Assembly: GCA_031413415.1 (NCBI GenBank)
Contig: JANOET010000037.1
Location: forward strand, 1-51,008
Source: Acidimicrobiaceae bacterium
GTDB taxonomy: Bacteria; Actinomycetota; Acidimicrobiia; Acidimicrobiales; Ilumatobacteraceae
Length of the DNA stretch: 51,008 nt
Direction of reading: 5' to 3'
Shown here piece after piece: positions 20,467 through 30,825 of the stretch (position 1 is the stretch's first letter; the number at the start of each line of letters is the position of its first letter). Under the pieces are notes generated by a model. That model ran no database searches, was not told the origin of the DNA, and saw only the letters and a list, made by a program, of their open reading frames with translations. The position numbers and the translations under genes are program-made.

Positions 20467-21509
20467 TGCACGAGCGCCTCGCCGCCTACGATCCGGACGT
20501 GGCACACGAGATCCCCGTCGTCGACATCGGTCCGTTCCTCGCCGGCGGCGACGGTGCCGCCGCTGCAGCCGAGATCGAGGCCGCGGCCACTCAGGTCGGG
20601 TTCTTCCAGGTCATCGGCCACGGCGTGCCCATGTCGGTGCTCGACGACGTGTACGCATCGGCCCGCGCGTTCGCCGCACTCGACACCGCCACGCAGGGGC
20701 GATTCCTCAGCGCCCATCCCTACCGCGGTGTGCATCTGCGCCCCGACCAGACGGGCGCGGTGCGGTTCCTTCGCTTCCTCGCAGCCCGCTACGACGACGC
20801 GGACGCAGCCATCGCGGCCGGCATCGACCCCGCCTTGGCCGACTACTACCACCCCAACTCGTGGCCCACCGACCCGGTCGGCTTCCGTCCGGCCATCGAG
20901 GCGCTGTTCGCCCGCACCCAGGTGCTCGGTGGGGTGATCATGCGGCTGTTCGCCCAGGCGCTGGGCATCGGTGTCGACGGGTTCGACGGCCTCATCGAGC
21001 CGAACGCCTCGAGCTTCGCGGTGAACCACTACCCGTCCCGTGCCGATGGCGCGGCGGTCGGTGACGCCGAGTTGCTGTTCCACGAGCACGTCGACGGCAA
21101 CACGCTCACCGTGCTGCACCAGCGCGGCGACTACGAGGGCCTGCAGGTCAGCCGTCTCGATGTGCCCGGCGAGTGGATTCCGGTCCCGGTGCGCGACGAC
21201 GCGTTCGTCATCAACGTCGGGAAGCTGATGAGCCGCTGGACGAACGATCACTGGCCTGCCACGATCCACCGCGTCGTCGCGTCGGCCGATGCCTCGCATC
21301 AGCGCACCACGCTGACCACGTTCCACATGCCGGCGTTGAACACCATCATCGCTCCGCTCGAACGATTCTGCGGCGACGGCGGCCCGCACTACGAGCCGAC
21401 CACCACCTACGAGTCCGAGAAGGCCAGCATCCAGCGCTACACGCTGCCGCGCGGCGACGGGCTGAAGGTGGATCAAGCCGTGCTCGACTACGCCGCCAAC
21501 AACACCTGA
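20466..21509 (+). CDS. 2-oxoglutarate/Fe(II)-dependent oxygenase (isopenicillin-N-synthase family)
   Basis: The ATG overlaps the previous stop by 1 nt. IPVVDIGPF...GFFQVIGHGVP..., HEHVDGNTLTVLHQ (HxD), WTNDHWPATIHRV (distal His/Arg). Confidence 0.8.
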   Translation: MHERLAAYDPDVAHEIPVVDIGPFLAGGDGAAAAAEIEAAATQVGFFQVIGHGVPMSVLDDVYASARAFAALDTATQGRFLSAHPYRGVHLRPDQTGAVRFLRFLAARYDDADAAIAAGIDPALADYYHPNSWPTDPVGFRPAIEALFARTQVLGGVIMRLFAQALGIGVDGFDGLIEPNASSFAVNHYPSRADGAAVGDAELLFHEHVDGNTLTVLHQRGDYEGLQVSRLDVPGEWIPVPVRDDAFVINVGKLMSRWTNDHWPATIHRVVASADASHQRTTLTTFHMPALNTIIAPLERFCGDGGPHYEPTTTYESEKASIQRYTLPRGDGLKVDQAVLDYAANNT

Positions 21510-21555
21510 GTGCGTCGGTCGTGCTGCAGACTGCGGAGGCCGTAGCGCCGCCAGC

Positions 21556-21576
21556 CCGGGCAAGCCGAGTGCCCGG
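21556..21576. terminator. 7-bp hairpin between convergent genes
   Basis: ccgggca(21556-62)/tgcccgg(21570-76) with a 7-nt loop, flanked by cgcc...ggcg. Lies between the oxygenase and zwf 3' ends. Confidence 0.3.
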
Positions 21577-21662
21577 TATGGGCGCTCGTCGTCGAGCGTC
21601 GAGGCGTCGAGATGGGACACACGCTCCCAGGGCCTTCACCCCGAATGGCCGTGCAGGCGCGG

Positions 21663-23059
21663 TTACTCGGCCGGTTGGACCCAGTGGTCGCCCTGGAGGA
21701 TTCGGTTGGCCTCGGCGGGTCCCCACGAACCGCGGAAGTACGGGTGGACGTGGCCGGGGTTGTCGAGCGCGGGCTGCACGACACGCCAGGTCTGTTCCAC
21801 GATGTCCTCACGGGCGAAGCGGCGGGGGAGGCCGGCCAGCGCGTCGTCGAGCAGCCGCTCGTACGCCTCGCGGCGCGCTCCCAACGCGGCCGCGAAGTCG
21901 ACGGCGATGTCGACGTTCTGGCTGTCCAGGTGCTGTCCGGGGGTCTTCGCCTGCAGCGTGAACGTCACGCCGTCGTGCTTGCCCAGACGGAAGCGCACCA
22001 GGTTGCGCTGCGGCGCAGGACCGCCCGCTTCGTCGAACAGCAGGCTTGGTGGCTCGCGGAACTCGACGACCACTTCGGTCGCGGCCGACGACAGCGCCTT
22101 GCCGCAGCGCACGTACCACGGCACACCGGCCCAACGCCACGAGTCGATCTCGAGCTGCGCGGCGATGAAGGTCTCGACGTTCGAGTCGGCCGCCACGCCC
22201 GGCTCGTCGCGATACCCGACGTACTGCCCGCGCACCATGTTCGCCGGGTCGAGGGGACGCATCGCGGCGAACACCTTCGCCTTCTCGTCCTGCAGGAAGC
22301 TGCTCTCGGGCCCGACCGGAGGCTCCATCGCCACGAGCGACAGCACCTGCAACAGATGGTTCTGCATGACGTCTCGCACCGCTCCGACGCCGTCGTAGAA
22401 ACTGCCGCGACCCTCGACGCCGATGGTCTCACTCATCGTGATCTGCACGCTGCGCACGTAGTTGCGGTTCCACACCGGCTCGAGCAACGTGTTCGAGAAG
22501 CGGAACACCAACAGGTCCTCGACGCTCTCCTTGCCGAGGTAGTGATCGATGCGGAAGATGCGCTCCTCGGGGAACACCGTGTGCAGCAGGTCGTTCAGTT
22601 CGACCGCGCTGGCATGGTCGCGACCGAACGGCTTCTCGACCACGATGCGGCCGCGAGTGTTCAGACCGACCGAGGCCAACCACTGTGCGACGGTGGGGAA
22701 CATCGTCGGTGGAATGGCCATGTAATACACGGCATGGTGGCTGTGATAGCCGTCGAGCGCGTCGCACAGCCCGCTCCAGGTGGCGGGGTCTGCGTAGTCG
22801 CCTTGGATGAGGTCGAGTCGGGCGAGAAGCGCTTCGATGACCGCCGCCTTCGCATCGGGTACGGCGGCGATGATCGAGTCGTGCGCGTGCTGGCGAAACG
22901 CGTCGCAGTTCCAGTCACTGCGCGCCACTCCGATGACCGGCACGCTCAGCAGGCCGTGTTCCTCCATGCGGTACAGCGCCGGGAACAGCTTCTTCTTGCT
23001 CAGATCGCCGGTGGCGCCGAACAGGACGAGCGCATCGGCGCGAGGTTGCTGGGCGACGC

Positions 23060-23063
<4 letters not shown>
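21663..23063 (-). CDS. zwf: glucose-6-phosphate dehydrogenase
   Basis: C-terminal 466 codons of the 827-aa track ORF: LVLFGATGDLSKKKLFPALY, RIDHYLGKE, NHLLQVLSLVAMEPP. The ATG overlaps the gnd stop (ATGA). Confidence 0.93.
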
Positions 23064-24082
<1,019 letters not shown>

Positions 24083-24124
24083 GGCGCACAGGTTGCCACG
24101 ACTTCGGCCAGTACCCTCGCGGCG

Positions 24125-24787
24125 ATGACCGATCGGGAACGGGCACTTCGCGGCGTCACGGCCGCCCATCGCACACTCGAGGAACGGCTGGTTGGGCTCA
24201 CCGACGAGCAGGCCCGTCGGCCGTCGCTGCTGCCCGACTGGAGCGTGGGGCACGTGCTGACGCACCTCGCTCGCAACGCCGACGGTCTGCGCAACATGCT
24301 CGATGGCGCCGAGCGTGGCGAAGTGTCGGAGATGTATCCGGCCACGACCCACTCGAGCGGTGTCGAGCGCCGAAGTGCCGACATCGAGGCGGGCTCGGCC
24401 CGCATCGCCGCCGCGCTCGTCGACGACGTCCGCATCGCTGCGGCGCGGTTGGAACTTGCCTTCGACTCGATGTCCGACGGCGCCTGGCACGGGCAGGGCA
24501 CGGCGATGTTCGGACCGGTGGTGATGACCGACGTGCCGCAGCGCCGATGGACCGAGGTGGAGGTGCACCACGCCGACCTGGGGCTCAGCTACGGGTGGCA
24601 GGATTGGCCGATCGAGTTCGCTCGTGTCGAGGTACAGCGCCTCACGATGCTGTGGAACAGCCGTCGCTCGATGGGCATGACCGGCCTGCCCTCCGAGGCG
24701 CTGGCCGTCGACGACCGCCACCGCGCCGCGTGGCTGCTCGGGCGCGCAAGAATCGCCGGCCTCGACGCTGCGGGGTTGATGGGATGA
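24125..24787 (+). CDS. DinB-fold, maleylpyruvate-isomerase-family (mycothiol-dependent-type) protein
   Basis: MTDRERALRGVTAAHRTLEERLVGLTDEQARRPSLLPDWSVGHVLTHLARNADG... The N-terminal metal-binding His pattern is typical of the family. Confidence 0.75.
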   Translation: MTDRERALRGVTAAHRTLEERLVGLTDEQARRPSLLPDWSVGHVLTHLARNADGLRNMLDGAERGEVSEMYPATTHSSGVERRSADIEAGSARIAAALVDDVRIAAARLELAFDSMSDGAWHGQGTAMFGPVVMTDVPQRRWTEVEVHHADLGLSYGWQDWPIEFARVEVQRLTMLWNSRRSMGMTGLPSEALAVDDRHRAAWLLGRARIAGLDAAGLMG

Positions 24788-26406
24788 GCCGCCGCGTCCG
24801 TCGCGCGCTGATCGCCGTGCTGCTCGCGCTGGTTGCGTTGCTGGCGATCCCCGCGGGCACGGTGTCGGCGCATGCGGTGCTCGAGACCAGCACGCCCAGC
24901 GCGAACAGTGTGAACGAGACGTCGCCGCCGCAGCTCGTGCTCGACTTCGACGAGGATGTCGAAGCGGCGCTCGCCAGCATCCATGTGTTCGACGGTGACC
25001 GCACTCGCTTCGAGCCTGGTGCACCGGCCCCAGGCGGCGACGACACGGTCGTGGTCGCGTCACTCCCGGCCCTGGAGGACGGCCTGTATGCCGTCGTCTG
25101 GCGGGTCACGTCGGCCGACGGTCACGTCGTGGAGGGCGCCTTCAGCTTTCAGGTCGGTACCGCCAGCACCGGCGATGGCGACGACCTCATCGCCGACGTC
25201 AGCCGGGGCAGCGGCGGCGATTCGACGTTGAAGTGGACCTATGGCATCGCTCGCTTTCTCGCGCTCGCCGGGGCCATCGTGCTCATCGGCGTCGGCCTGT
25301 GGTCGGTGCAGGGCACGCCGGCGCTGGGCACAGTGCCGCGTGTTCGTCGCACCATGTGGGTGGGGGCCGTGTCGCTGTTCGTCGGTTCGGCTGGAGCGTT
25401 CGGCCTGTTCGGGGCCCAAGCCCAGGGGGGCACCGTCGCCGACGCGTTCTCGCCGTCGGTGTGGGCCGACATCGCGGGCACCGACACAGGACAGGCCCTC
25501 CTCGTTCGCGTCGTCCTCGCCATCGTGCTCGGCGCGATGCTCGCCCGCTGGTCGGCGAACCGGCACACCTGGTGGCAGGGGGTCGCTGGCTCGGCGGCGC
25601 TGCTGACCCTGGTGACGTTCTCGAAGTCGGGCCATCCGAACTCACTCAGCCCGCGACTGCTGTGGATCACCGTCGACGTGCTCCATCTCGTGGCCATCAC
25701 AGCGTGGCTCGGTGGACTCGTGGCGCTGTTCGTCGCGGGCAAGGAATGGGTCTCCGAGCCCGAAGCCGTGCGCACCGTCGATCGCTACTCGATGACTGCG
25801 CTGATCGCGGTACCCGTCATCGTCGCCACTGGAGTGGCCCAGACGCTGAAACTCGCCGGCGGCCTCGACGACGTCACGGTCACCACATGGGGGCGGCTGT
25901 TGCTCGCCAAGGTGATGCTGGTCATCGCCATGATCGCCATCGGTGGCGTGTCACGCTGGCTGCTGCAGCACGACGGCGCGGGGTCCATCCGCCGCACCCT
26001 GGTGGTCGAAGCCGTCATCGGTCTGCTCGTGGTGGGACTCGCCGCCGGCATGGTTGCCCAGCCACCGCGGCCGTCCGTGTCTGCGTTGCCGTTCAACCAG
26101 AGCATCACCGCCAGCGGGGTCATCGCTGCGGTCACCATCAGTCCCGGCAGCGTGGGCTCGAACGAGATACACATCCTGATCACGCCTCCCGGCGGGTCGA
26201 TCCGACCCGTCACCAACGTGACAGCGCGAGTGTCGTTGCCCTCGGCCGGTGTTCCCAACTCGCCGGTCACGCTGAAGCCCGAGGGTGCGAACCACTACAG
26301 CGGCACGATCACGTTCCCCGACTCGGGTGACTGGAGGCTGGAACTGATCGTCGACGTCACCGAGACCGACTCGGCGCTGTTGAAGGCCACCGTCACGATC
26401 CCGTAG
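24784..26406 (+). CDS. fused CopC-CopD copper resistance/uptake membrane protein (YcnJ-like)
   Basis: The ATG overlaps the previous stop (ATGA). Signal peptide then HAVLETSTPSANS...GLYAVVWRVTSADGHVVEG (CopC), followed by multiple TM helices (CopD) and a C-terminal beta-rich domain. Confidence 0.85.
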   Translation: MSRRVRRALIAVLLALVALLAIPAGTVSAHAVLETSTPSANSVNETSPPQLVLDFDEDVEAALASIHVFDGDRTRFEPGAPAPGGDDTVVVASLPALEDGLYAVVWRVTSADGHVVEGAFSFQVGTASTGDGDDLIADVSRGSGGDSTLKWTYGIARFLALAGAIVLIGVGLWSVQGTPALGTVPRVRRTMWVGAVSLFVGSAGAFGLFGAQAQGGTVADAFSPSVWADIAGTDTGQALLVRVVLAIVLGAMLARWSANRHTWWQGVAGSAALLTLVTFSKSGHPNSLSPRLLWITVDVLHLVAITAWLGGLVALFVAGKEWVSEPEAVRTVDRYSMTALIAVPVIVATGVAQTLKLAGGLDDVTVTTWGRLLLAKVMLVIAMIAIGGVSRWLLQHDGAGSIRRTLVVEAVIGLLVVGLAAGMVAQPPRPSVSALPFNQSITASGVIAAVTISPGSVGSNEIHILITPPGGSIRPVTNVTARVSLPSAGVPNSPVTLKPEGANHYSGTITFPDSGDWRLELIVDVTETDSALLKATVTIP

Positions 26407-26605
26407 ACGATTGGCTGCGAAGCCATCGCGTCGCGGCCGCGTGGCCTTCATCGATCATCGCCACGGTCTTGCCCACGTCGAAGGTCATGGCCGACGACGG
26501 CAGGGCGGGGACCTCGACCGCGACGATGCCAGGTGGTGGCCGGCGGAGCACTGTACGCCCGTGCGCGTCGACGCCGAGTGAACTCGCGCGGAAGAGAATC
26601 TCGAG

Positions 26606-28342
26606 TCAGGGGTCGTAGCGGGCGACGTGTTCGCCAACCGTGGTGCCGTTGATCACGCTGAAGATCACGCGTTGCGCCTCGCGGCCCATCTCGCCCATGT
26701 CGCCGCCGGGAAGCCCTTCCACCCAGTCGAGGAAGTCCCTGATGAACAGGGTGCCCGGCAGTTCTTCCTCGAACGCGCGCAGCTCGGGCGGGTCGGGCGT
26801 GGCGTAGGTGGTGAGTCCCTGTGCGACCCACTTCTGCTGGAGAATGTCGGCGAGGTTCACGGCGGCCATGGTGATGGCCAGGTCGGCGCCGCGCAGCTCA
26901 TTGGCGAACGTCGCGTCGGGATCCGGTTCACCTCGCTGTGACACGTACATGATGCCCAACGTCAGGGCAGCTCCCAGAGCGACACCGGGAACCAAGGACG
27001 CGGCGAGCGAGCCGAGGTCGGTGATGGTGTTCCAGGCCGCTTTGCGCAGCTCGACGATGCGGACGCGTGCGTTCACGATGAGTCCTCCGATCAGGGCCAG
27101 GTAGCTGGTGTATTCGCTGACGGATCTGGCCGGTCCCGTCGCGAAGTGGCGCCGCGCGTTGGCGACGATCTGCTCGTGCTGCTCGACGAACCGTTGCAGC
27201 GCGTCGGGCGTCTGCAGGGCGCGATCGATGAGGTCGCGGCGCGCACCGGATGCGAGGTCCCAGTCGTCGTTCGCCGGTGCGAACTGTGGTGTCCACGGCA
27301 CGACGAGGTCCGCAGTGAACGTCCCCGCCGAGTGCTCCGGGTCACTGAGGTACCACTGCATCGCGGGGACGATGATCCTGCCGGCCGTGGTCGGGTCGAC
27401 CAGCGCCGGATCGGTGCCGCGCAGCAGCGCGGTCTCGATCAGCGTCGCGTCCGCCAGGTCGTGGGCGACCTGCACGAGGTGCGGTGCGATGGCGACGAGG
27501 AAGTGAGGCAGCGCCAATGGTTCGGCGAGCAACATCAGCAGCACGGTGTCGTTGGTGTTGGGTCCGGGGAGTTCGTCGAGGTCGTCGCGCGGGCGGGTGA
27601 TCACGCGTGCGGCGACGTCGCCCAGAAGATCGGGTGGCAGGACGAGGTCGCGCAGGAACAGCGCTGCGGCGTAGCGGGGCATGTCGTCGAGCGCGGCGAG
27701 CGCTGGTGAGCGGCCGCGGCCGGCGGTGACCGTGTGATGAGCCACCCGAGCGAACGCGTCGATGGTCGCGTCGAGCTGATCGATGCTCACGTGCAGCCGG
27801 GTGTCGATGCCGGCCATGCGGCGGGCGCGTGGCTCGGCCAACGCCTGGACCCACTCGGCCCACGCGTCGAACTCGGCGTCGAAGGTCGCAGCCAGAACGG
27901 GGTCGCGGCCGATGCGATCCAGCTCGGCCGTCAGCCAGGCCAGTCGTTCGGGGTCGTCGGCCAACTCTGCGGGTGGGATCTCGCGCAGGCGCCGGGCAAG
28001 TGCCCTCGCCTCGTCGACCGTGACCTGCTGGGGGTCGTCGGGCCGCGGGTCCACCATCACGGCCCAGCCCCGCTCGACCGCCATGAATCGGGCGAGTGAG
28101 TTCTGCACGGCCGACAGGTCGTCGCGCTCGGCGATGGGTTCGCTCAACGGGTCGTTGCGGAGGATGCGCTGGACCAACGGCAAGAGGCCTTCGTGGACGC
28201 GCAGCCGGACCTGGCGGATCGTTCGCATCGCGTCGACCGCGTCGGGGTCGTCGCTGTGCAGGCGGTGAAGCTGGTCGAGGGCGAGTCGGGCGCGGTGCTC
28301 GAGCATCGTCAGCCGCTCCGGGTCGTAGGCCAGGAAGGTCAT
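26606..28342 (-). CDS. hypothetical 578-aa protein; long helical N-terminal region, one predicted TM near residue ~450, ~110-aa C-terminal domain
   Basis: Clean ORF with gene-like GC3 and composition; the ATG overlaps the upstream ORF stop (ATGA). I recognised no catalytic or family motif (no HExxH, P-loop or GxSxG). Hydrophobic stretch LGSLAASLVPGVALGAALTLGIMYV. Confidence 0.7.
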   Translation of the reverse strand: MTFLAYDPERLTMLEHRARLALDQLHRLHSDDPDAVDAMRTIRQVRLRVHEGLLPLVQRILRNDPLSEPIAERDDLSAVQNSLARFMAVERGWAVMVDPRPDDPQQVTVDEARALARRLREIPPAELADDPERLAWLTAELDRIGRDPVLAATFDAEFDAWAEWVQALAEPRARRMAGIDTRLHVSIDQLDATIDAFARVAHHTVTAGRGRSPALAALDDMPRYAAALFLRDLVLPPDLLGDVAARVITRPRDDLDELPGPNTNDTVLLMLLAEPLALPHFLVAIAPHLVQVAHDLADATLIETALLRGTDPALVDPTTAGRIIVPAMQWYLSDPEHSAGTFTADLVVPWTPQFAPANDDWDLASGARRDLIDRALQTPDALQRFVEQHEQIVANARRHFATGPARSVSEYTSYLALIGGLIVNARVRIVELRKAAWNTITDLGSLAASLVPGVALGAALTLGIMYVSQRGEPDPDATFANELRGADLAITMAAVNLADILQQKWVAQGLTTYATPDPPELRAFEEELPGTLFIRDFLDWVEGLPGGDMGEMGREAQRVIFSVINGTTVGEHVARYDP

Positions 28343-28674
28343 CGCACGCGTCCGCTCGCGGGAAGGCCGGCAAGATCCAGGTCGTCGGCGCGACGTTCGA
28401 GGCGTCGGGCGGCGACGAGCAGTTCATGTCCGGCCCGCAGGAGCGCCGCGCGGTCCGAGCGAAGTGTGTCGTCCCAGTGCTGTTGCGACGGCCCCACCCA
28501 CACGTCGGTGCCGGCGTGGCGCTGCAGGTCCAGCACGTCGAGACGCTGCAGCACCTGGGCCAGCGAGCGCAAGGCCATGGCTCGTCGGCGAAGGTGCTCG
28601 GTCGTCGATGCGCTCGTCGACAGGGTGGTGTGGGTGGGGATCGCCATGGCACCCACACTGGGTACGGCCGCCAC
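28339..28674 (-). CDS. hypothetical small helical protein with central W-x-G (WXG100-like architecture)
   Basis: 111 aa from GTG 28674 (102 aa from ATG 28647). Predicted helix - DVWVGPS (W-V-G at 28492-28500) - helix. The stop overlaps the next gene start. Confidence 0.5.
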   Translation of the reverse strand: MAAVPSVGAMAIPTHTTLSTSASTTEHLRRRAMALRSLAQVLQRLDVLDLQRHAGTDVWVGPSQQHWDDTLRSDRAALLRAGHELLVAARRLERRADDLDLAGLPASGRVR

Positions 28675-28701
28675 ACCCCATCGGCAGAATCAGCCCGCGG
28701 G

Positions 28702-29145
28702 TCAGGGGAGGAGGCGGGTCACCAGGTGGTGGGGCAGCTGCGTGGTCTCGTCGACGAAACCATCACCCTCGACCACGAAGCCGTGTCGCTCGTAGAACGA
28801 AAGCGCGGCGTCGCGAGCTCGAGCCCACACCAGAGGGAAGCCACGCTCGACGGCGAGCCCACAGCCGCGGTCCAGCAACTCGCCGCCGAGGCCCGTGCCC
28901 TGCAGATGTCGGGCGGTGGCCATGCCGCGTAGCTGGACAGCCGGGCGGCCGTCGAGTTCGCGCGGTACCCAGCTGGAGGTGGCCACCAGTTCGCCGTCGA
29001 CGCGAATGCCGAGGTGCCACGACCCGGGCCAGTCGTCCTCCTGGAACGCGACCTCCTTGGTCGGCGTGTCGAACCGCAGCACTTCGAGCCGAAGCGGATA
29101 CGTCTCGGCCGTGGCGATCTCGACGACGGCGATGTCGGGCATCAC
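28702..29145 (-). CDS. GNAT-family N-acetyltransferase
   Basis: 147 aa: LRGMATARHLQGTGLGGELL (acetyl-CoA-binding R/Q-x-x-G-x-G/A motif), FYERHGF. Confidence 0.85.
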   Translation of the reverse strand: MMPDIAVVEIATAETYPLRLEVLRFDTPTKEVAFQEDDWPGSWHLGIRVDGELVATSSWVPRELDGRPAVQLRGMATARHLQGTGLGGELLDRGCGLAVERGFPLVWARARDAALSFYERHGFVVEGDGFVDETTQLPHHLVTRLLP

Positions 29146-29152
29146 GGCTGCT

Positions 29153-30178
29153 TCACGGCCGCATCACGACACCGCCGGCCGCCGCGCTGGCGTACATCGC
29201 GTCGACGATGCGGTGAGCGGCCACCGCGGTGTGCAGGTCGGGTGTTGCGGCACGGCCTTCGCGGACGGCGCGCACGAACTCGCCGTCGGGGTTGTCGGTG
29301 CCGTCTCGCATGGGGTCGACGGCAGTTGTGAGCGCGGCGCCCTCAAGCGCGCCCGTGGTGCCGTCGCTGTCGGTCCACGAGACCGGACCGAACCAGTCGT
29401 CGCCCTCGATGACGATGTGTCGGCGCTCGCAGAAGATCTCGACGCGACGCAGGCTCGGACGGGCCAGGTTGTCGTGCCACACGCTGGTCAGCACGCCGGT
29501 GGCCCCGTTGGTGAACCGCAATGATGCGGTGGCAACGTCCTCGATGCCGTCGAGCTCGTGGAAGTTCGACGTGAGCGCACTGAGGTGTTCGATCTCGCCG
29601 ACCAGATAGCGGAGCATGTCGACGTCGTGGATGCTGTGCTCGAGCAGCGTGCCGGCACCCACCAGCGACTTGTCGCCGCGCCATGTGCTGGCGTAATGAC
29701 CCTGAACGGGGATGAACTGATCGTCACGGAACACCACGGTCATCACCCGTCCCGCAGCCGTGTCGTCGACGAGGTGTTTCGCCCACAGGTAGGCGGGCGA
29801 GCGACGCAGTACCAGCCCCACCTGGTGCGTCACGCCCGCTGCGTCGGCCTGTTCCGCCATGCGGAGGGCTTCACCGGTGGTGAACGCGAGCGGCTTCTCG
29901 CAGAACACGTGCAACCCGCGCGCCGTGGCGGCCTCGACGAGCTCGGGGTGCGAGTTCGTCCACGTGCAGATGTAGACCGCGTCGCAGCCGCTCAACACCT
30001 CGTCGACCGAGGCGCACACGGTGTGGCCGCTGGCCGCGGCGAACGCCCCGGCCCGGTCGGTGTCGGGGTCGAACACCCCGGCGCGGACGACGTCGGCGCC
30101 GCTGTGTTTCAGGCTCTTCGAGTGGTAGGTGGCGATGAGTCCCGCCCCCAGGAATCCGATGCGCAGCGGTGTGGTCAC
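29153..30178 (-). CDS. Gfo/Idh/MocA-family NAD(P)-dependent oxidoreductase
   Basis: 341 aa: LRIGFLGAGLIATYHSKSL, VFCEKPLAF. Confidence 0.88.
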   Translation of the reverse strand: MTTPLRIGFLGAGLIATYHSKSLKHSGADVVRAGVFDPDTDRAGAFAAASGHTVCASVDEVLSGCDAVYICTWTNSHPELVEAATARGLHVFCEKPLAFTTGEALRMAEQADAAGVTHQVGLVLRRSPAYLWAKHLVDDTAAGRVMTVVFRDDQFIPVQGHYASTWRGDKSLVGAGTLLEHSIHDVDMLRYLVGEIEHLSALTSNFHELDGIEDVATASLRFTNGATGVLTSVWHDNLARPSLRRVEIFCERRHIVIEGDDWFGPVSWTDSDGTTGALEGAALTTAVDPMRDGTDNPDGEFVRAVREGRAATPDLHTAVAAHRIVDAMYASAAAGGVVMRP

Positions 30179-30192
30179 GAGCGTGCAGCTTG

Positions 30193-30825
30193 TCAGACGT
30201 CGTCGTCGCCGAGCACGACGGTGCGGTCGGCCATCATCGCCGCTTCGTCGTGGTCGTGGGTGACCAGCAATGCGGTGGTGCCCGTGGACCGCAACACCGC
30301 AGCGAGTTCGGTGGCGAGGCGGTCGTGCAGCTCGCGGTCCAGCCCGGTGAGTGGTTCGTCCATCAACAACACGGCGGGTCGTGGAGCGAGTGCGCGGGCG
30401 AGCGCGACGCGTTTGGCCTCGCCGCCGCTGAGGGTGGTCACCCGCCTCGACCCGAACCCCTCGAGCCCCACCACCGTCAGCAGCTCCGCCGTCCTGGTCG
30501 CCACCTCGGCCCTCGACGCCCCGGCCATTCGAGGACCGAATCCCACATTGGCGGCGACGTCGAGGTGAGGGAACAACTGCTCGTCCTGGAACATCAGGCC
30601 GATCCGTCGGCGATGTGGCGCGAGGTGAGTGATGTCGATTCCATCGAGCCAGACACCGCCCGAGTCCGGAGGAAGGAGGCCTGCCACGACCCTCAACAAA
30701 GTGCTCTTGCCGACACCCGATGGGCCACGCACGGCGAGCACCTCGCTGGTCGCCACGCTCAGCGACAACGAGTCGAGCACCACGCGATCTGCGAAGCGAA
30801 CGGTGAGATCACGAACCTCGAGCAT
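30193..30825 (-). CDS. thiQ: ABC transporter ATP-binding protein (thiamine importer ThiQ-like)
   Basis: MLEVRDLTVRF..., Walker A GPSGVGKST, LSGGEAKRV, LLMDEPLTGLD. Last gene of the TPP-riboswitch operon. Confidence 0.75.
   Translation of the reverse strand: MLEVRDLTVRFADRVVLDSLSLSVATSEVLAVRGPSGVGKSTLLRVVAGLLPPDSGGVWLDGIDITHLAPHRRRIGLMFQDEQLFPHLDVAANVGFGPRMAGASRAEVATRTAELLTVVGLEGFGSRRVTTLSGGEAKRVALARALAPRPAVLLMDEPLTGLDRELHDRLATELAAVLRSTGTTALLVTHDHDEAAMMADRTVVLGDDDV

Noticed and set aside
26603-26611. Second possible selenocysteine or read-through at the TGA ending the 578-aa gene, because the frame stays open for 70 codons
   Set aside because: There is no redox or Cys-type motif around the TGA (…ARYDP-TGA-LEILF). 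The codons immediately downstream lose the GC3 bias. The nearby hairpin has a UUCA loop without the G-U feature. More likely this is a real stop followed by a terminator and an unrelated remnant or small ORF, which is reported separately.
26606-28674. Calling the WXG-like pair a type VII secretion locus
   Set aside because: No FtsK/SpoIIIE-type ATPase, EccB/D-like membrane components or mycosin genes are in the window. There is no C-terminal YxxxD/E-type signal on the small protein. The WXG resemblance rests on size and one tripeptide only.
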